64,000 bases of DNA from an uncultured Oscillospiraceae bacterium (GCA_964521735.1 CAZFTO010000004.1:8566-72565), one strand, 5' to 3'. Shown: positions 18,272-29,905, counted from the stretch's first letter. The notes: a model not told the origin generated them from the sequence alone. Numbers and translations: made by a program.

Positions 18272-19360
18272 ATGACCAGTAAAGAGTTTTTTCTTGCTCT
18301 TGACGAATTGGAAAAAGAAAAGGGTATTGCCAAAGAAAAGGTGATGGAAAGTGTCGAAACGGCTCTTGCCATTGCTTGCAAAAAGAATTTCGGCGAAGCG
18401 TCGAAAGTGGTTGTAAAAGCCAATCCCGAAAAATTCACTTTCCGTGCATATATTTGCAAAACCGTCGTAGAAACTGTGGAACTTCCCGAAAACGAAATTT
18501 CACTTGTCGATGCACGCGAAATCAAAAAATCCTATAAAATCGGCGACGAAGTGCTTACGGAAATCGATCCTCGCACTTTTGGCAGAATTGCCGCGCAAAA
18601 CGCTCGTCAGGTTATCATCAACAGTTTGCATCAAGCAGAAAAAGACGTAACCTACAATCAATTTGCCGATAGAGAAAGCGAACTTATCGTTGGCGTTGTC
18701 ACCCGCATCAAGGACGATGGCACAATTTTTGTTGAAATCGGCAAAAACCAAATGGAAGGCATTTTGAGCGTTCAAGAACAAATCCCCGGTGAAAAATTCC
18801 ACGTTGGTGACAGAATCAAAGTGCTTGTAAAGCGCGTTCGCGATAGCGTTGGTGGAACGCAAGTGGCACTTTCCAGAGCTAGCTACGTGTTCATCAAGCG
18901 TTTGTTCGAAAACGAAGTTCCCGAAATTCGTGCGGATATCGTCCAAATCAAGAGCATCGTGCGTGAAGCAGGCTTCCGCACCAAAATTGCCGTGTATTCC
19001 ACTGATCCGGAAATTGATGCAGTGGGTGCATGCGTAGGCAACAAGGGCGCTCGCGTTAACGCTATCGTTTCGGAAATTGGCGGCGAAAAGATTGATATCA
19101 TTCCTTGGAGCAGCGACATTTTGGATTACATCGCTCGTGCACTTTCCCCTGCAAAGGTGCTAATTGTGCAAGCCGATGAAGACAAAAAGGAAGCAAAAGT
19201 TATTGTTCCGGACGAAAAACTTTCGTTGGCAATTGGCAAGGAAGGCCAAAACGCTCGTTTGGCCGCTCGTTTAACGGGTTGGAAGATAGACGTCAAGTCC
19301 TATTCCACGGCAATGGCTAGCGGAATGTTCGATGAAGCCGGCGTTACAGACGGAGAATAA
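18272..19360 (+). CDS. nusA: transcription termination/antitermination factor NusA
   Basis: 362 aa with an S1 domain followed by two KH domains (ACVGNKGARVNAI, IGKEGQNARLAARLTGWKIDV). Confidence 0.96.
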   Translation: MTSKEFFLALDELEKEKGIAKEKVMESVETALAIACKKNFGEASKVVVKANPEKFTFRAYICKTVVETVELPENEISLVDAREIKKSYKIGDEVLTEIDPRTFGRIAAQNARQVIINSLHQAEKDVTYNQFADRESELIVGVVTRIKDDGTIFVEIGKNQMEGILSVQEQIPGEKFHVGDRIKVLVKRVRDSVGGTQVALSRASYVFIKRLFENEVPEIRADIVQIKSIVREAGFRTKIAVYSTDPEIDAVGACVGNKGARVNAIVSEIGGEKIDIIPWSSDILDYIARALSPAKVLIVQADEDKKEAKVIVPDEKLSLAIGKEGQNARLAARLTGWKIDVKSYSTAMASGMFDEAGVTDGE

Positions 19361-19363
19361 AAA

Positions 19364-19630
19364 GTGACTAAGCAAAAGAAAATCCCCGAAAGAATGTGTG
19401 TTGCTTGCCGACAAATGAAGCCGAAAGATCAGTTGTTTAGGCTGGTTGTTTCGAACGGTGCAACGGTGGATCTAACAGGGAAAATAAACGGCAGAGGTGT
19501 GTATCTTTGCAAGTGCAAGGATTGCATTGTCAAAGCAAGCAAAAACAAAAATTTTGCCAAGATGCACGGCTTTGCTTTGAGTGAAGAATTGATTTTGAAG
19601 TTGGAGAATCTACTTGAACAGCAAGATTGA
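19364..19630 (+). CDS. ylxR: YlxR-family (DUF448) RNA-binding protein
   Basis: GTG start. PERMCVACRQMKPKDQLFR and GRGVYLC, in the position after nusA. Confidence 0.88.
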   Translation: MTKQKKIPERMCVACRQMKPKDQLFRLVVSNGATVDLTGKINGRGVYLCKCKDCIVKASKNKNFAKMHGFALSEELILKLENLLEQQD

Positions 19631-19892
19631 AACGTATATCGGCTTTGCAATCAAAAAGGGTTCGGTGGTGTTCGGTTGCGACAACATTTCTCGTTATCGA
19701 AAAAAAGTCTATTTGTTGTTGGCAACCAAAACGCTATCGCCAAATTCGTTCAAGGTGCTAAACGCCTGTTCGGAAAAATTTTGTTGCAAAGTAAAAGTAA
19801 TCGAAGACTACGACTTTTTGTCGAAAAAAAATTGCAAGGCATTGGCTATTTGCGATAAGTCCTTGGCGGACGCAATATTAAGCGTGGAGTAA
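19614..19892 (+). CDS. ylxQ: L7Ae/L30e-family protein YlxQ
   Basis: TTG start. IGFAIKKGSVVFG, located between ylxR and infB. Confidence 0.75.
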   Translation: MNSKIETYIGFAIKKGSVVFGCDNISRYRKKVYLLLATKTLSPNSFKVLNACSEKFCCKVKVIEDYDFLSKKNCKALAICDKSLADAILSVE

Positions 19893-19904
19893 TTGGAGGA
19901 AGAA

Positions 19905-22487
19905 ATGGCAAACACATCTAACAAAGAGAACAAAGGTTTTGTAAATGTAAAAAATATCAAAGCCAACGTTATAGGCGTCGCTCGCGATTTGCAACAGCAA
20001 ATTGCCACGCTAAAACAAAAGGCAAGCGCGCTTACGGCCACCATTCGACTTCGTGAAACACAATTTAAGGAAGTTGAAGTTGCGCCTGTCGTGGAAGAGG
20101 TGGAAGTGAAGGTTCCCGTTGTGGAGGAAATCTCGGCTCCGGCACCTGCCCCCATAGTTGAAAAGCCGCAAGAAGTCGAAAAACAACCTGCACCGGTGGT
20201 GGAAGAACCCGCCCCCGTTGTTGTGGAAGAAAAGCCCGAACCTAAGCAGGAACAACCGGCAAAAGCCACTAAGGTTGTCACCACTTTGGAAAACGGCACC
20301 ATAAAAGTTACGTCCACCGACGAAAAGGGAAATGTTCGCATTCGCAAATTTTTGGATACGAGCGCTCAAAAGCGTCCCGAACGCACCGAAAGACCTGCTG
20401 GCCAAAACGGCCAAAGAGGTCCTCGTCCTCAACAAGGTGGCCCCCGACAAAACAATTTCGACAAAAAAGATGCGCCTGCACGTCCAGCCGGTGGCGCACA
20501 ACAAAAAACGCAACAAAAGCGTTCGTTTGCTCCCGTTGCCGATTTGCCTCGCGTAGAACCGCAAAAGAACTACGGCAACAAGAACAAAACCAAAGAACAT
20601 CCCGAAGAAAAGCGTGTTTCTGGCAAAAAAGCGTTGCTCACACGTGACTATTCGGCCGATTATGATGAAGACAGAATCGTTCGTCGCGCTCGTTCCAAAA
20701 AGAGCGAAAGCGCAAAAACGGTTGTTGCTCAAAAAATCACTAACGCCGTTGTTACCACGTCCGAAGTTCCCATCAAGGTGCTCAGCGAAAAAATCGGTGT
20801 TGCAGTTTCCGTCATCATTTCGCAATTGTTCAAAGAAGGCATCATGAAAACCATCAACGATACCGTCGATTTTGACTATGCGGAATATATTGCCGGTTTG
20901 CACGGCGTAACGCTCGAACTAAAAGCGGATAAAACAGCCGAAGAAATTCTCACTTCTTCTGAAGAAGACGACGGATTGGAAAACAACACAAAACGTCCTC
21001 CCATTGTTACTGTTATGGGCCACGTCGACCACGGCAAAACCTCCTTGCTCGATGCTATTCGTAACACAAACGTAACAAGTGGCGAAGCCGGCGGCATAAC
21101 GCAACACATTGGCGCCTACACGGTGCAAGTTAACGGCGAAACAATCACGTTTATCGATACTCCCGGCCACGCTGCATTCACTGCAATGCGTGCAAGAGGT
21201 GCCAAAATCACCGACGTTGCCATCATCGTTGTGGCGGCGGACGACGGCGTGATGCCTCAAACCATCGAAGCTATCAACCACGCAAAAGCGGCAGGGGTTT
21301 CCATTATTGTTGCCATCAACAAAATGGATAAGCCTCACGTAGACCCCGAAAGAGTAAAACAACAATTGACGGAATACGAATTGTTGGCAGAAGAATGGGG
21401 CGGCGACACCATCATGGTTCCCGTTTCTGCAAAATCCGGAATGGGCATCGACAAGTTGCTAGAAAGTGTGTTGCTTGTTACGGAAATAAAAGAATTGAAA
21501 GCCAACCCAGATAAGCGTGCAATCGGCACCGTTTTGGAAGCTCGTTTGGATAAAGGCCGTGGCCCTGTTGCAACAATTTTGGTTGCAAACGGCACGTTGA
21601 ACGTTGGCGATAGCCTAATTGCAGGTTCTGCAACGGGCAAAATCCGTGCCATGTTCGACGACAAGGGCAAAAAGGTTAAATCTGCCGGCCCGTCCATGCC
21701 CGTGGAAGTTTTGGGATTCTCCGAAGTTCCACAAGCAGGCGATTTCATGCACGTGGCCGACGAAAAATTGGTTAAGAAAGCAGCCGAAGAACGCAAGAAC
21801 AAGATCAAGCTAGAAAACGCTCGCCAAACCACGGCAGTGAACTTGAACGACTTGTTCGGACGCATTTCCGAAGGTCAGCTAAAAACTTTGAACCTAATTG
21901 TCAAAACGGACGTTCAAGGCAGTTTGGAAGCATTGAAGGCCAGCTTGGAAAAGATTTCCAACGACGAAGTGAAGGTTCGTGCTATTCACGGTGGCGTTGG
22001 TGGTGTAAACGAAACGGACGTTATGCTTGCAAAAGCATCGGAAGCAATCATCATCGGTTTCAACGTTCGTGCAGATAACAATGCAAAAACAGTTGCCGAA
22101 CAAGAAGGTGTCGACATTCGTTTGTATAACGTAATCTACGATGCAGTCGACGACGTAACTGCTGCAATGAAAGGCATGCTTGCGCCCAAGTTTAAGGAAA
22201 ACACTTTGGGCACGGTTGAAGTACGCGAAGTATTCAAAATCACCGGCGTTGGTGCAGTTGCCGGTTGCTACGTCACCAGCGGTAAAGTTGCTCGCAACGG
22301 AAAAGTTCGCATCTATCGTGATAACATCTCCGTCTACGACGGCAACATTTTGGCATTGAAGCGTTTCAAGGACGATGTAAAAGAAGTTGCCTCCGGCTAT
22401 GAATGCGGTATTTCTATCGAAAACTACAACGACATTAAGGTTGGCGACGTATTTGAAGTTTATCAAATGGAAGAAATTGCACAATGA
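19905..22487 (+). CDS. infB: translation initiation factor IF-2
   Basis: The ATG at 19905 follows a GGAGGA RBS. The N-terminus is Pro/Val/Glu-rich and repetitive. The G domain shows [21 protein letters not shown] and NKMD. Confidence 0.97.
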   Translation: MANTSNKENKGFVNVKNIKANVIGVARDLQQQIATLKQKASALTATIRLRETQFKEVEVAPVVEEVEVKVPVVEEISAPAPAPIVEKPQEVEKQPAPVVEEPAPVVVEEKPEPKQEQPAKATKVVTTLENGTIKVTSTDEKGNVRIRKFLDTSAQKRPERTERPAGQNGQRGPRPQQGGPRQNNFDKKDAPARPAGGAQQKTQQKRSFAPVADLPRVEPQKNYGNKNKTKEHPEEKRVSGKKALLTRDYSADYDEDRIVRRARSKKSESAKTVVAQKITNAVVTTSEVPIKVLSEKIGVAVSVIISQLFKEGIMKTINDTVDFDYAEYIAGLHGVTLELKADKTAEEILTSSEEDDGLENNTKRPPIVTVMGHVDHGKTSLLDAIRNTNVTSGEAGGITQHIGAYTVQVNGETITFIDTPGHAAFTAMRARGAKITDVAIIVVAADDGVMPQTIEAINHAKAAGVSIIVAINKMDKPHVDPERVKQQLTEYELLAEEWGGDTIMVPVSAKSGMGIDKLLESVLLVTEIKELKANPDKRAIGTVLEARLDKGRGPVATILVANGTLNVGDSLIAGSATGKIRAMFDDKGKKVKSAGPSMPVEVLGFSEVPQAGDFMHVADEKLVKKAAEERKNKIKLENARQTTAVNLNDLFGRISEGQLKTLNLIVKTDVQGSLEALKASLEKISNDEVKVRAIHGGVGGVNETDVMLAKASEAIIIGFNVRADNNAKTVAEQEGVDIRLYNVIYDAVDDVTAAMKGMLAPKFKENTLGTVEVREVFKITGVGAVAGCYVTSGKVARNGKVRIYRDNISVYDGNILALKRFKDDVKEVASGYECGISIENYNDIKVGDVFEVYQMEEIAQ

Positions 22488-22843
22488 GTAACAGAATAGA
22501 AAAACTCAATTCGGAATTTAAGCGTTACATTGCAGAATTGCTCACCAAAAAGGTTAAAGATCCGCGCATAACGGAAATGTTCACCATTTTGGAAGTGGAT
22601 TGCGACAGGGAATTGGATTCCGCCAAAGTTTACGTTAGTATTTTTTCCACAAACGCAAACAAGGCGGCGGAAACCTACCTAGCAATTTGCGAAAGCGAGC
22701 CGTTCTTGCGCCGCGAAATTTCAAAAAATATGCACGTGCGCAAAGTGCCTAAGTTTACTTTTGCTTTGGATACTTCCATGGCGTACGGCCAAAAAATTGA
22801 CGAGATTTTGAATGAAATCAACAAAAACAGCAGTAACAACTAA
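22484..22843 (+). CDS. rbfA: ribosome-binding factor A
   Basis: [17 protein letters not shown]...KDPRI and VPKFTFALD. Confidence 0.92.
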   Translation: MSNRIEKLNSEFKRYIAELLTKKVKDPRITEMFTILEVDCDRELDSAKVYVSIFSTNANKAAETYLAICESEPFLRREISKNMHVRKVPKFTFALDTSMAYGQKIDEILNEINKNSSNN

Positions 22844-23780
22844 AAAAATCGCCGAAATTTTGCGTGCCAAAACGGATATTGCGTTGTTTTCGCACACCAA
22901 TCCAGATGGCGACACCGTTGGCGCAACCATCTCGTTGTGCTTGGCGTTGCGCAAACTTGGCAAAAACGTTTCTCTTTTTTGCGATTGCCCCATGCGCGAC
23001 AGCATGCAAAAGTTTGCTCGCACGGCGGAATATTCTTCCGTTTTTCAAGGCAAATATCAAATTTTGGTAGCAGTCGATTGCGGAGACGTTTTTCGTCTTG
23101 GCGAATTTAGTGCCATCTACGACGACTTTGCCGAGACACTCACAATCGATCATCACGGCGGCGAATATTTTTCCAAATATAACTGCGTGTTGCCCTATGC
23201 CAGCACTTGTCAAATAGTTTACGAAGTAGTGCGCAATTTGGGCGTAGAAATTGATAGCGAAATTGCCACCTACTTGTATATGGGGCTTTGCACAGACACC
23301 GGCAATTTTTCCAACAGCAACACCGACAAGCCTTCTTTTTTGATGGCAGCGGATATGTGCGAACTGGGCGCCGACGTAACAAAGGTAAATCGCACCTTTT
23401 TCCAAGACACTTCTTTGCAAAAAACCAAAGTTTTGGGGCGTGCGCTTTCCAAAATTCGCACTTATTTTGGCGGCAAGTTGGCTATTGTTTTCGTCACCGA
23501 AAAGGATTTGCAGGAATGTGGCGCCGATATAAGCGCTAGTGAAGGGCTTGTTAGCTATGCAATAGCGGTGGAAACCACCGTTGCCGCAGTAAGCTTGTTC
23601 GAATACAAACCAAACGTTTTCAAAGTTAGCATGCGTGGCAAAGACTTCAACGTTCGTGACGTTTGCAAGGAATTTGGCGGCGGCGGACATCTGGTCGCTG
23701 CAGGTTGCATGATAAGCGGCTACTTGGAAGACGTTATCGAACGTGTTGTTCGTGTGTTCAGTTGGACGATGGAAGAATGA
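22812..23780 (+). CDS. nrnA: DHH/DHHA1 phosphoesterase (NrnA-like oligoribonuclease / pAp phosphatase)
   Basis: FSHTNPDGDTVGA, TIDHHG and GGGGHLVAAG. The gene overlaps the rbfA 3' end by 32 nt. Confidence 0.85.
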   Translation: MKSTKTAVTTKKIAEILRAKTDIALFSHTNPDGDTVGATISLCLALRKLGKNVSLFCDCPMRDSMQKFARTAEYSSVFQGKYQILVAVDCGDVFRLGEFSAIYDDFAETLTIDHHGGEYFSKYNCVLPYASTCQIVYEVVRNLGVEIDSEIATYLYMGLCTDTGNFSNSNTDKPSFLMAADMCELGADVTKVNRTFFQDTSLQKTKVLGRALSKIRTYFGGKLAIVFVTEKDLQECGADISASEGLVSYAIAVETTVAAVSLFEYKPNVFKVSMRGKDFNVRDVCKEFGGGGHLVAAGCMISGYLEDVIERVVRVFSWTMEE

Positions 23781-24625
23781 ATGGATTTGTTAACGTATTA
23801 AAACCCGTTGGCGCAACGGCTAGTGACGTTGTCGTGTGTCTAAAAGGTGTTTTGCACGAAAAAGTTGGCCATTTGGGAACGCTCGATCCAGGTGCGGCAG
23901 GCGTTTTGCCCGTTGCCGTCGGCAATGCTACCCGCTTGTTCAATTTTTTGACGGATAAAGTAAAAGTATATCGTGCGCACTTCACCTTTGGCAAAACCAC
24001 CGACACGTTGGATTCGTACGGAACGGTGACGTCCAGCGGCACAATTCCCACCCTGGAACAAGTAAAAAACGCTTTGCCACAGTTAGTTGGCAATTTGCAA
24101 CAATTGCCGCCGGCCTATTCGGCGCTTTCCATTGGCGGGGTGAAGGCCTATAAGCTGGCTAGGCGTGGTGTGGATGTGCAACTTAAACCACGCGAAATAA
24201 CGGTGTTTGCCTTCGATTTTGTGCGTCAGCAAAGTGACGACACGTTCGTGTTCGATATCACTTGCAGTGCCGGCACCTACATTCGTTCGCTTGCGCGCGA
24301 CTTGGCCGAAATTCTGGGCACAGTCGGGTATATGAGTTGTCTAATTCGTTTGCAATCGGGGTGTTTTTTGTTGGAAGATGCCTACACGATGGATGAAATA
24401 AAGGAAAAAAAGCAGGATTGCGTTCTCAGCGTAGATTTTGCTTTGCGCGATTTGGATTGCTGCGAACTTCCGTCGGGAGTTTTCGACGATTTGGATAACG
24501 GCAGAAAAGTGGCATGTCCCTTTGTGGATGGCTACAAAAAAATTTATTGCAATGGTGTGTTTTTCGGATTGGGCACCAACCAAAACGGAATTTTGAAGTT
24601 GCAGTACTACATGAAAAATTGGTGA
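23777..24625 (+). CDS. truB: tRNA pseudouridine(55) synthase
   Basis: MNGFVNVLKPVGATASDVV, GHLGTLDPGAAGVLPV, and an ATGA overlap with nrnA. Confidence 0.94.
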   Translation: MNGFVNVLKPVGATASDVVVCLKGVLHEKVGHLGTLDPGAAGVLPVAVGNATRLFNFLTDKVKVYRAHFTFGKTTDTLDSYGTVTSSGTIPTLEQVKNALPQLVGNLQQLPPAYSALSIGGVKAYKLARRGVDVQLKPREITVFAFDFVRQQSDDTFVFDITCSAGTYIRSLARDLAEILGTVGYMSCLIRLQSGCFLLEDAYTMDEIKEKKQDCVLSVDFALRDLDCCELPSGVFDDLDNGRKVACPFVDGYKKIYCNGVFFGLGTNQNGILKLQYYMKNW

Positions 24626-24638
24626 TTGAAGGGAAAAA

Positions 24639-25532
24639 GTGGAAGTAGTTTCGTTGGGACAAGGCTTCAATAAGCCCATCGTGTTGTGTTTGGGCTTTTT
24701 CGATTGTATGCACGTTGGACACGTCGCATTGTTGCAGCGAGCCAAAATTCTTGCGAAAAATTGCAGCGTGGCACTTTTCACTTTCGACAACAACCATTTT
24801 GAGACGCTAAAACGCCCCTCTAAGCTTATTTATACCTTCGACGAGCGTTTGGATATATACCAAGAATTGGGCGTAGACGTAACAATTCACGCCCGCTTCG
24901 ACAAAGAATTTATGTCTAAAAGCGGCAAACATTTTTTAGACGAACTTTGTTGCTACAATTTGCAAGCAGTCGTTTGCGGCGAAGATTTCACTTGCGGAAG
25001 CGATTTGATGAACGCCGCCGCTGTGCGCAAAACCCTTCAAGACGTTTGTCCGGTGGAGGTTGTCGATTTGGTCACTTCGGGTGGGCAAAAGATAGGCAGC
25101 ACCTTGGTGCGCAATTTACTAGGCCAAAACCAAGTTGCCAATGCAAACAAGTTTTTGTCGCAACCGTTTCACTTTGTCGGCACTGTGCAACACGGCAGAA
25201 GTGTGGGACACACCTTGGGTTTTCCAACGGTAAATGTTGCCGTTCCCGGCGAAAAACTTGCGCCACAAGGCGTTTACGTTGGGCAAGTTGCAGTGGATGG
25301 CACTTGTTATAAAGCTGTTGTCAACGTGGGCAATGTTCCCACTTTCGGCATAGATAAGTTTTGCGTAGAAGCGCACCTAATAAATTTCGATGGCAATTTG
25401 TATGGAAAGGCTGTCAAAATTTCTTTGCTAAGTTTTTTGCGCCCCATACAAAAGTTTGATAATGCCGAAAATTTGAAAAAACAGTTGATAAAAGACGTGG
25501 AGGTTGCAAGCCATGATAAAATTCGGCCCTAG
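24639..25532 (+). CDS. ribF: bifunctional riboflavin kinase / FAD synthetase
   Basis: GTG start. LGFFDCMHVGH and GRSVGHTLGFPTVN. Confidence 0.93.
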   Translation: MEVVSLGQGFNKPIVLCLGFFDCMHVGHVALLQRAKILAKNCSVALFTFDNNHFETLKRPSKLIYTFDERLDIYQELGVDVTIHARFDKEFMSKSGKHFLDELCCYNLQAVVCGEDFTCGSDLMNAAAVRKTLQDVCPVEVVDLVTSGGQKIGSTLVRNLLGQNQVANANKFLSQPFHFVGTVQHGRSVGHTLGFPTVNVAVPGEKLAPQGVYVGQVAVDGTCYKAVVNVGNVPTFGIDKFCVEAHLINFDGNLYGKAVKISLLSFLRPIQKFDNAENLKKQLIKDVEVASHDKIRP

Positions 25533-26376
25533 CGGAAATGGCAAAAGGTTCTACGACGAAGGGTTTTCTTCCACGGTAGATGCGCCGAAGTGGTGCGCCC
25601 TGCAAGGGCTAAACGCCTACGAATATTCCTTTGGACGTGGAATAAACGTTTCCGATGCAAAGGCGGCGCAAATAGGCGAAGAAGCAAAGAAGTTCGGTGT
25701 TGCGCTTTCCGTGCACGCGCCCTACTACATAAACTTTGCCAATCCTTCCGACGAAATGGCGGAAAAATCCTACGACTACGTTATTCGCAGTGCACTAAAA
25801 GCCAAGCAGTTTGGTGCAAATAGGGTGGTGTTTCACCCGTCTACGGTTGGCAAGATGACTCGTGAAGATGCCGTTGCGCTAACAAAAGTGCGTTTGCAAA
25901 TTTTGGCGGATAGAATTCGTCAAAACGGCTTGGACGACATGTGGTTTTGCCCCGAAACAATGGGCAAAATAAATCAAATAGGGGACGTGGCGGAAGTGGC
26001 CGATTTTTGTACCATTGCCGATTTCTATCTTCCCACTGTCGATTTTGGCCATATCAATGCTCGCACACAGGGCAGTTTGAAGACGGAAGCAGATTTTGAT
26101 CACCTTATTGACACAATACAAAATCGTTTGGGAACGGAACGCACGCAAAAGATTCACGTTCACTTTTCCAAAATAGAATATTCCGCCGGAGGAGAAGTTC
26201 GGCATTTAACCTTTGCCGACAGCTTGTACGGGCCGGAATTTTTGCCTTTGGCAAAAGTGCTAGTTCATCGCAACATGCAACCGGTTATCATTTGTGAATC
26301 GGACGGTACGCAAGCCGACGATGCAATCACAATGAAAAATATCTACGAAAGCGTATTATCGGGAGAAACAAAATGA
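25513..26376 (+). CDS. AP endonuclease family 2 / endonuclease IV-like TIM-barrel protein
   Basis: SVHAPYYINFANP, VVFHPS, CPETMGK, VDFGHINA and IHVHFSKIEY follow the endonuclease IV metal-ligand pattern with substitutions. The ATG at 25513 sits 8 nt after GGAGG. Confidence 0.65.
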   Translation: MIKFGPSGNGKRFYDEGFSSTVDAPKWCALQGLNAYEYSFGRGINVSDAKAAQIGEEAKKFGVALSVHAPYYINFANPSDEMAEKSYDYVIRSALKAKQFGANRVVFHPSTVGKMTREDAVALTKVRLQILADRIRQNGLDDMWFCPETMGKINQIGDVAEVADFCTIADFYLPTVDFGHINARTQGSLKTEADFDHLIDTIQNRLGTERTQKIHVHFSKIEYSAGGEVRHLTFADSLYGPEFLPLAKVLVHRNMQPVIICESDGTQADDAITMKNIYESVLSGETK

Positions 26377-27440
26377 AAAACACAGAAAAGCTTTTTTCGC
26401 TGGCACAAACAGACGCAATTTTGGTGATAAGCGACAAAAACAGATTGTATTTCACGGGATTTCAATCCACTTTTGGCTATTTAATTTTGTTGCCGAACAA
26501 CAAAAACGTTTTCATAACCGACCCACGCTACTACGAAATGGCAAGTGCGTTGCAAGCCGACGATTTGGACGTTTTGCAAATTGCAAACGGCATAAGCGCA
26601 ATTGGCATGGTTACGGAAATTTTGCATCAACATCAAGTCAAAGCTGTTGGTTTTGAAGATACCGAACTTACCGTGCGCGACTTCGAGGACCTAAAAAAGC
26701 AATTGTCCGATTTCGAACTTGTTCCGACAGGCGATCACATCAATTTTGTTCGCAGTTTCAAAGATGCAACGGAAATTTCCTACGTCAAAAAGGCTCAATC
26801 CATAACGGATGCCGCATTCAAAGACGTGCTTGGCGTAATAAAGGCGGGCATGACGGAACGCGAATTGGCAATCGAGTTGGAATATCTAATGGATAAGCAC
26901 GGCGCAGAAGGTTTGGCATTCGACACAATAATTGCTTCGGGCCTCAATTCTTCCAAACCACACGCGCATCCCACGGATAAGCCCTTGCAAATGGGCGATC
27001 CCATCACAATGGATTTTGGCGCACGCTACCACGGGTATTGTTCGGATATGACAAGAACGGTATTTTTGGGCGAACCTTCGGAAGAAATGCACAAAATCTA
27101 CAACGTGGTGCTAATGGCTCAAAAGAACGGCATTGCCAACGCCTACCCCGGTATGGGCGGCAAGGAGTTGGATTCCTATTGCCGCGAAGTGATAAAAGCC
27201 AATGGCTACGAACAATATTTCACTCACAGCACGGGACACAGCTTGGGCATCGATATTCACGAAGAACCCCGAGCATCAATGTATTCCACGCAAACTTTGC
27301 AAGCAGGTCAGTTTATCACCTGCGAACCTGGCATCTACGTTCCCGGTGTCGGTGGTGTTAGAATAGAAGATTTGCTACTAATTGAAGAAGATAAAGTTAT
27401 TGATTTGACAATATCTGATAAAAATATTATAATTCTATAA
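26373..27440 (+). CDS. pepP: M24-family Xaa-Pro aminopeptidase/dipeptidase
   Basis: [31 protein letters not shown] and [11 protein letters not shown], upstream of efp as in Bacillus (yqhT). Confidence 0.9.
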   Translation: MKNTEKLFSLAQTDAILVISDKNRLYFTGFQSTFGYLILLPNNKNVFITDPRYYEMASALQADDLDVLQIANGISAIGMVTEILHQHQVKAVGFEDTELTVRDFEDLKKQLSDFELVPTGDHINFVRSFKDATEISYVKKAQSITDAAFKDVLGVIKAGMTERELAIELEYLMDKHGAEGLAFDTIIASGLNSSKPHAHPTDKPLQMGDPITMDFGARYHGYCSDMTRTVFLGEPSEEMHKIYNVVLMAQKNGIANAYPGMGGKELDSYCREVIKANGYEQYFTHSTGHSLGIDIHEEPRASMYSTQTLQAGQFITCEPGIYVPGVGGVRIEDLLLIEEDKVIDLTISDKNIIIL

Positions 27441-27465
27441 GAAACGGATAGGAGGCACAAAATTT

Positions 27466-28029
27466 ATGATTTTAGCAGGCGATTTCAGAAAGGGCGTAAC
27501 GTTCGTCTATAACAACGGTATCTACACAATTGTGGATTTCCAACACGTAAAACCCGGCAAGGGTGCAGCGTTCGTAAGAACAAAAATCAAAAACGTCGTA
27601 ACCGGCGCAGTTCGCGAAGAAACGTTCAACCCTTCGGAAAAATTCGAACTGGCTCACATTGAAAACAAAGAAATGGAATATCTCTATTCCGATGGCGATA
27701 TCTACTACTTTATGGATCCAGAAACTTACGAACAAGTTCCTCTTGCAAAAGCACAAGTAGAAGATGCTCTTATGTTCATGAAAGAAAACATGGTTGCAAC
27801 CATCAAATTCTACAAGGGCGAAGCATTCTCCGTAGAAGCCCCCAACTTCGTTGTATTGCAAATCACGCAATGCGAACCCGGCGTTGTTGGTAACACTGCA
27901 ACCAATGCAACCAAACAAGCAACGGTCGAAACCGGCTACTCGCTTATGGTTCCCATGTTCGTTAACGAAGGCGAATACATCCGCATTGATACTCGCACTG
28001 GCGAATACATGGAACGCGCAAAGGTGTAA
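27466..28029 (+). CDS. efp: translation elongation factor P
   Basis: [17 protein letters not shown] and [15 protein letters not shown]. Confidence 0.96.
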   Translation: MILAGDFRKGVTFVYNNGIYTIVDFQHVKPGKGAAFVRTKIKNVVTGAVREETFNPSEKFELAHIENKEMEYLYSDGDIYYFMDPETYEQVPLAKAQVEDALMFMKENMVATIKFYKGEAFSVEAPNFVVLQITQCEPGVVGNTATNATKQATVETGYSLMVPMFVNEGEYIRIDTRTGEYMERAKV

Positions 28030-28053
28030 TAACCACTAGTTTTGCAAAATCTA

Positions 28054-28082
28054 AGCACTCGAATTTTCGGGTGCTTTTTTTG
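28054..28082 (+). terminator. intrinsic terminator after efp
   Basis: agcactcg / cgggtgct stem followed by ttttttt. Confidence 0.75.
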
Positions 28083-28583
28083 TTTGCAAAAAATGACGTC
28101 GTCTTTTTTTGTTTCCAAGTTATTTGGCGCGCAACAATCATTTGGCAAATTGCTGTCGATCGTCGCAAAAAGAATTGCCACGGTAAGTCTTTTGGCAAGG
28201 TGTTGGTTGTGTGGGGCATTTTCGTTTCTATATATTGCAAAAATTTCCTTAAGGTTTTCGAAGTATACAATCGCCTAATGCAAAATTTTGTTTTTTGTTT
28301 CTTTGTATTTTTAATTATCCAAAAGCAGAAGTTTAATTTGGCTTTTGGCGTTTATGTTTTTATCTTTGGCGTGGCAAGTCTAGTAGTTTGGCAACTTGCT
28401 GCTTTTAATTGTGAAGTGGTGCAACGCTCTGTTTTAGTTTTCATTTGCGGTTTTTCGTTTGGCACGGTTTTGCTGAAGTTGTTCTGAATGTTTTTGTTTT
28501 GCCACAACAACCGTCGTGTTTTTTTGAAAACGGTTTTGTTGTCAAGTTGGCATAATTGGCAGGCTTGTCCAATAATATGTTGT

Positions 28584-29435
28584 ATGAATTGCATCGAGTG
28601 TTTGCCGCCGGCGGCGGAAAAAGTGCTGCGCGGCCTGGAAAATATAAGGGAAATTCGTTTGCGCAACGGCAAGGGCATAAAGGTTAATATCGGCGGTAGT
28701 TGGTTTTGGGTTGGCCACAACGCACTGCTAACTTCGCCTGCAAATGCTTTGCATTTCGACGACGTGTGCGACGGTTATGTAAAAAAGGCTTGCAATCAAT
28801 CGGTTTATGCCTACGAAAAAATGCTTGCGAAAGGCTATTTCACGTTGGCCGATGGTGCGCGTGTTGGCGTTTGCGGGGTGCAGGCAGAAGACGGCATATT
28901 TCAGAGATACACTTCCTTGTGCATACGAACGGCTAATTTCGTGCATTGCTGCGTGGAAGACTTTTGTCAAAGCGTTGTTGTGGCAGGCCCGCCTAGAAGT
29001 GGCAAAACAACCTACTTGCGCGACTTGGCTTGCAAGCTTTCGCATCAGTGCGAAGTGGTTGTGGTGGACGAGCGTGGCGAAATTTCTTCCTGCGACGGTT
29101 TTGAAAAACGTTCAAATTGCGACGTATTCAAGTATGCTTCCAAACGTTACTCATTCGAAATTGCCGTGCGTTCTATGTCTCCCGATTGGATTGTTTGCGA
29201 CGAACTTACGGAATACGATTTGCCCTTGTTGCCGCTAGCTTGCGCAAGTGGTGTGCACGTTGCGGCAAGTGTTCATGCTGCAAATTTGCCGTCGCTAGAA
29301 GCACGCCTTGGTCGCTATTTGGATAACTTTCACAGCGCAGTTTTGCTGCAAAAAGATACTTTTCAAAAAACAGTCGTCACTTTGTCGTCCCCTGCCTTCC
29401 GCCCCGAACTTTCGACAAAAATGGTGGTTCAATAG
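28584..29435 (+). CDS. spoIIIAA: stage III sporulation protein AA (ATPase)
   Basis: LENIREIRLRNGK, Walker A GPPRSGKTTYLRDLA, VVVDERGEI, and CDELT as Walker B. The start at 28584 was chosen by N-terminal similarity; the RBS is weak. Confidence 0.88.
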   Translation: MNCIECLPPAAEKVLRGLENIREIRLRNGKGIKVNIGGSWFWVGHNALLTSPANALHFDDVCDGYVKKACNQSVYAYEKMLAKGYFTLADGARVGVCGVQAEDGIFQRYTSLCIRTANFVHCCVEDFCQSVVVAGPPRSGKTTYLRDLACKLSHQCEVVVVDERGEISSCDGFEKRSNCDVFKYASKRYSFEIAVRSMSPDWIVCDELTEYDLPLLPLACASGVHVAASVHAANLPSLEARLGRYLDNFHSAVLLQKDTFQKTVVTLSSPAFRPELSTKMVVQ

Positions 29436-29461
29436 CGTTTTTGGAACATTTGTAGGCTACT

Positions 29462-29905
29462 ATGACAAACATAATATTGCTAATTTGCTGTATTTCCGTC
29501 GGTTTTTTGGTAGGTAACGTCTTTCGCAAACAGTGCGTTTGCGAAGCCGACTTGTTCGGTGATGCAGTTAAATACGTTGTTGCGCTTAAACTTAACGTTG
29601 CCGGCAGGCGTGTGGAACTTGCCCAGTTCAACCAAGAATTTTTGCTTGAAGCTAGCGATACGTTTCGCTGCTATTTGCAGGGCGCAGGCAAAGTGCGCGT
29701 GCAGTCAGAGCGAAAAAAACACTTGCAAAAGTTTTTTGCCAACGTCGATTGTGCCAGTGCCGAGCAGTTGTTGCAGCACCTCGATTTCTACCACGAAATT
29801 TTTCTTGCCGATTTCCAAGCGTGCAAACAGCGCAAAAAAACTTCCTCCATCTACGTCAAGCTTGGGCTGCTTTGCGGCGCAATGGTGGGAGTATTGTTTT
29901 TGTAA
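29462..29905 (+). CDS. spoIIIAB: stage III sporulation protein AB
   Basis: 147 aa with an N-terminal TM helix. Assigned by position and size between spoIIIAA and spoIIIAC. Confidence 0.75.
   Translation: MTNIILLICCISVGFLVGNVFRKQCVCEADLFGDAVKYVVALKLNVAGRRVELAQFNQEFLLEASDTFRCYLQGAGKVRVQSERKKHLQKFFANVDCASAEQLLQHLDFYHEIFLADFQACKQRKKTSSIYVKLGLLCGAMVGVLFL

Noticed and set aside
28071-28487. A 138-aa ORF immediately after efp.
   Set aside because: Its 5' part overlaps the efp terminator, it has no RBS, and its composition (Phe/Val/Leu/Cys) reflects the T-rich spacer. Only the last 69 aa are even conceivable, and they are listed as a low-interest finding.
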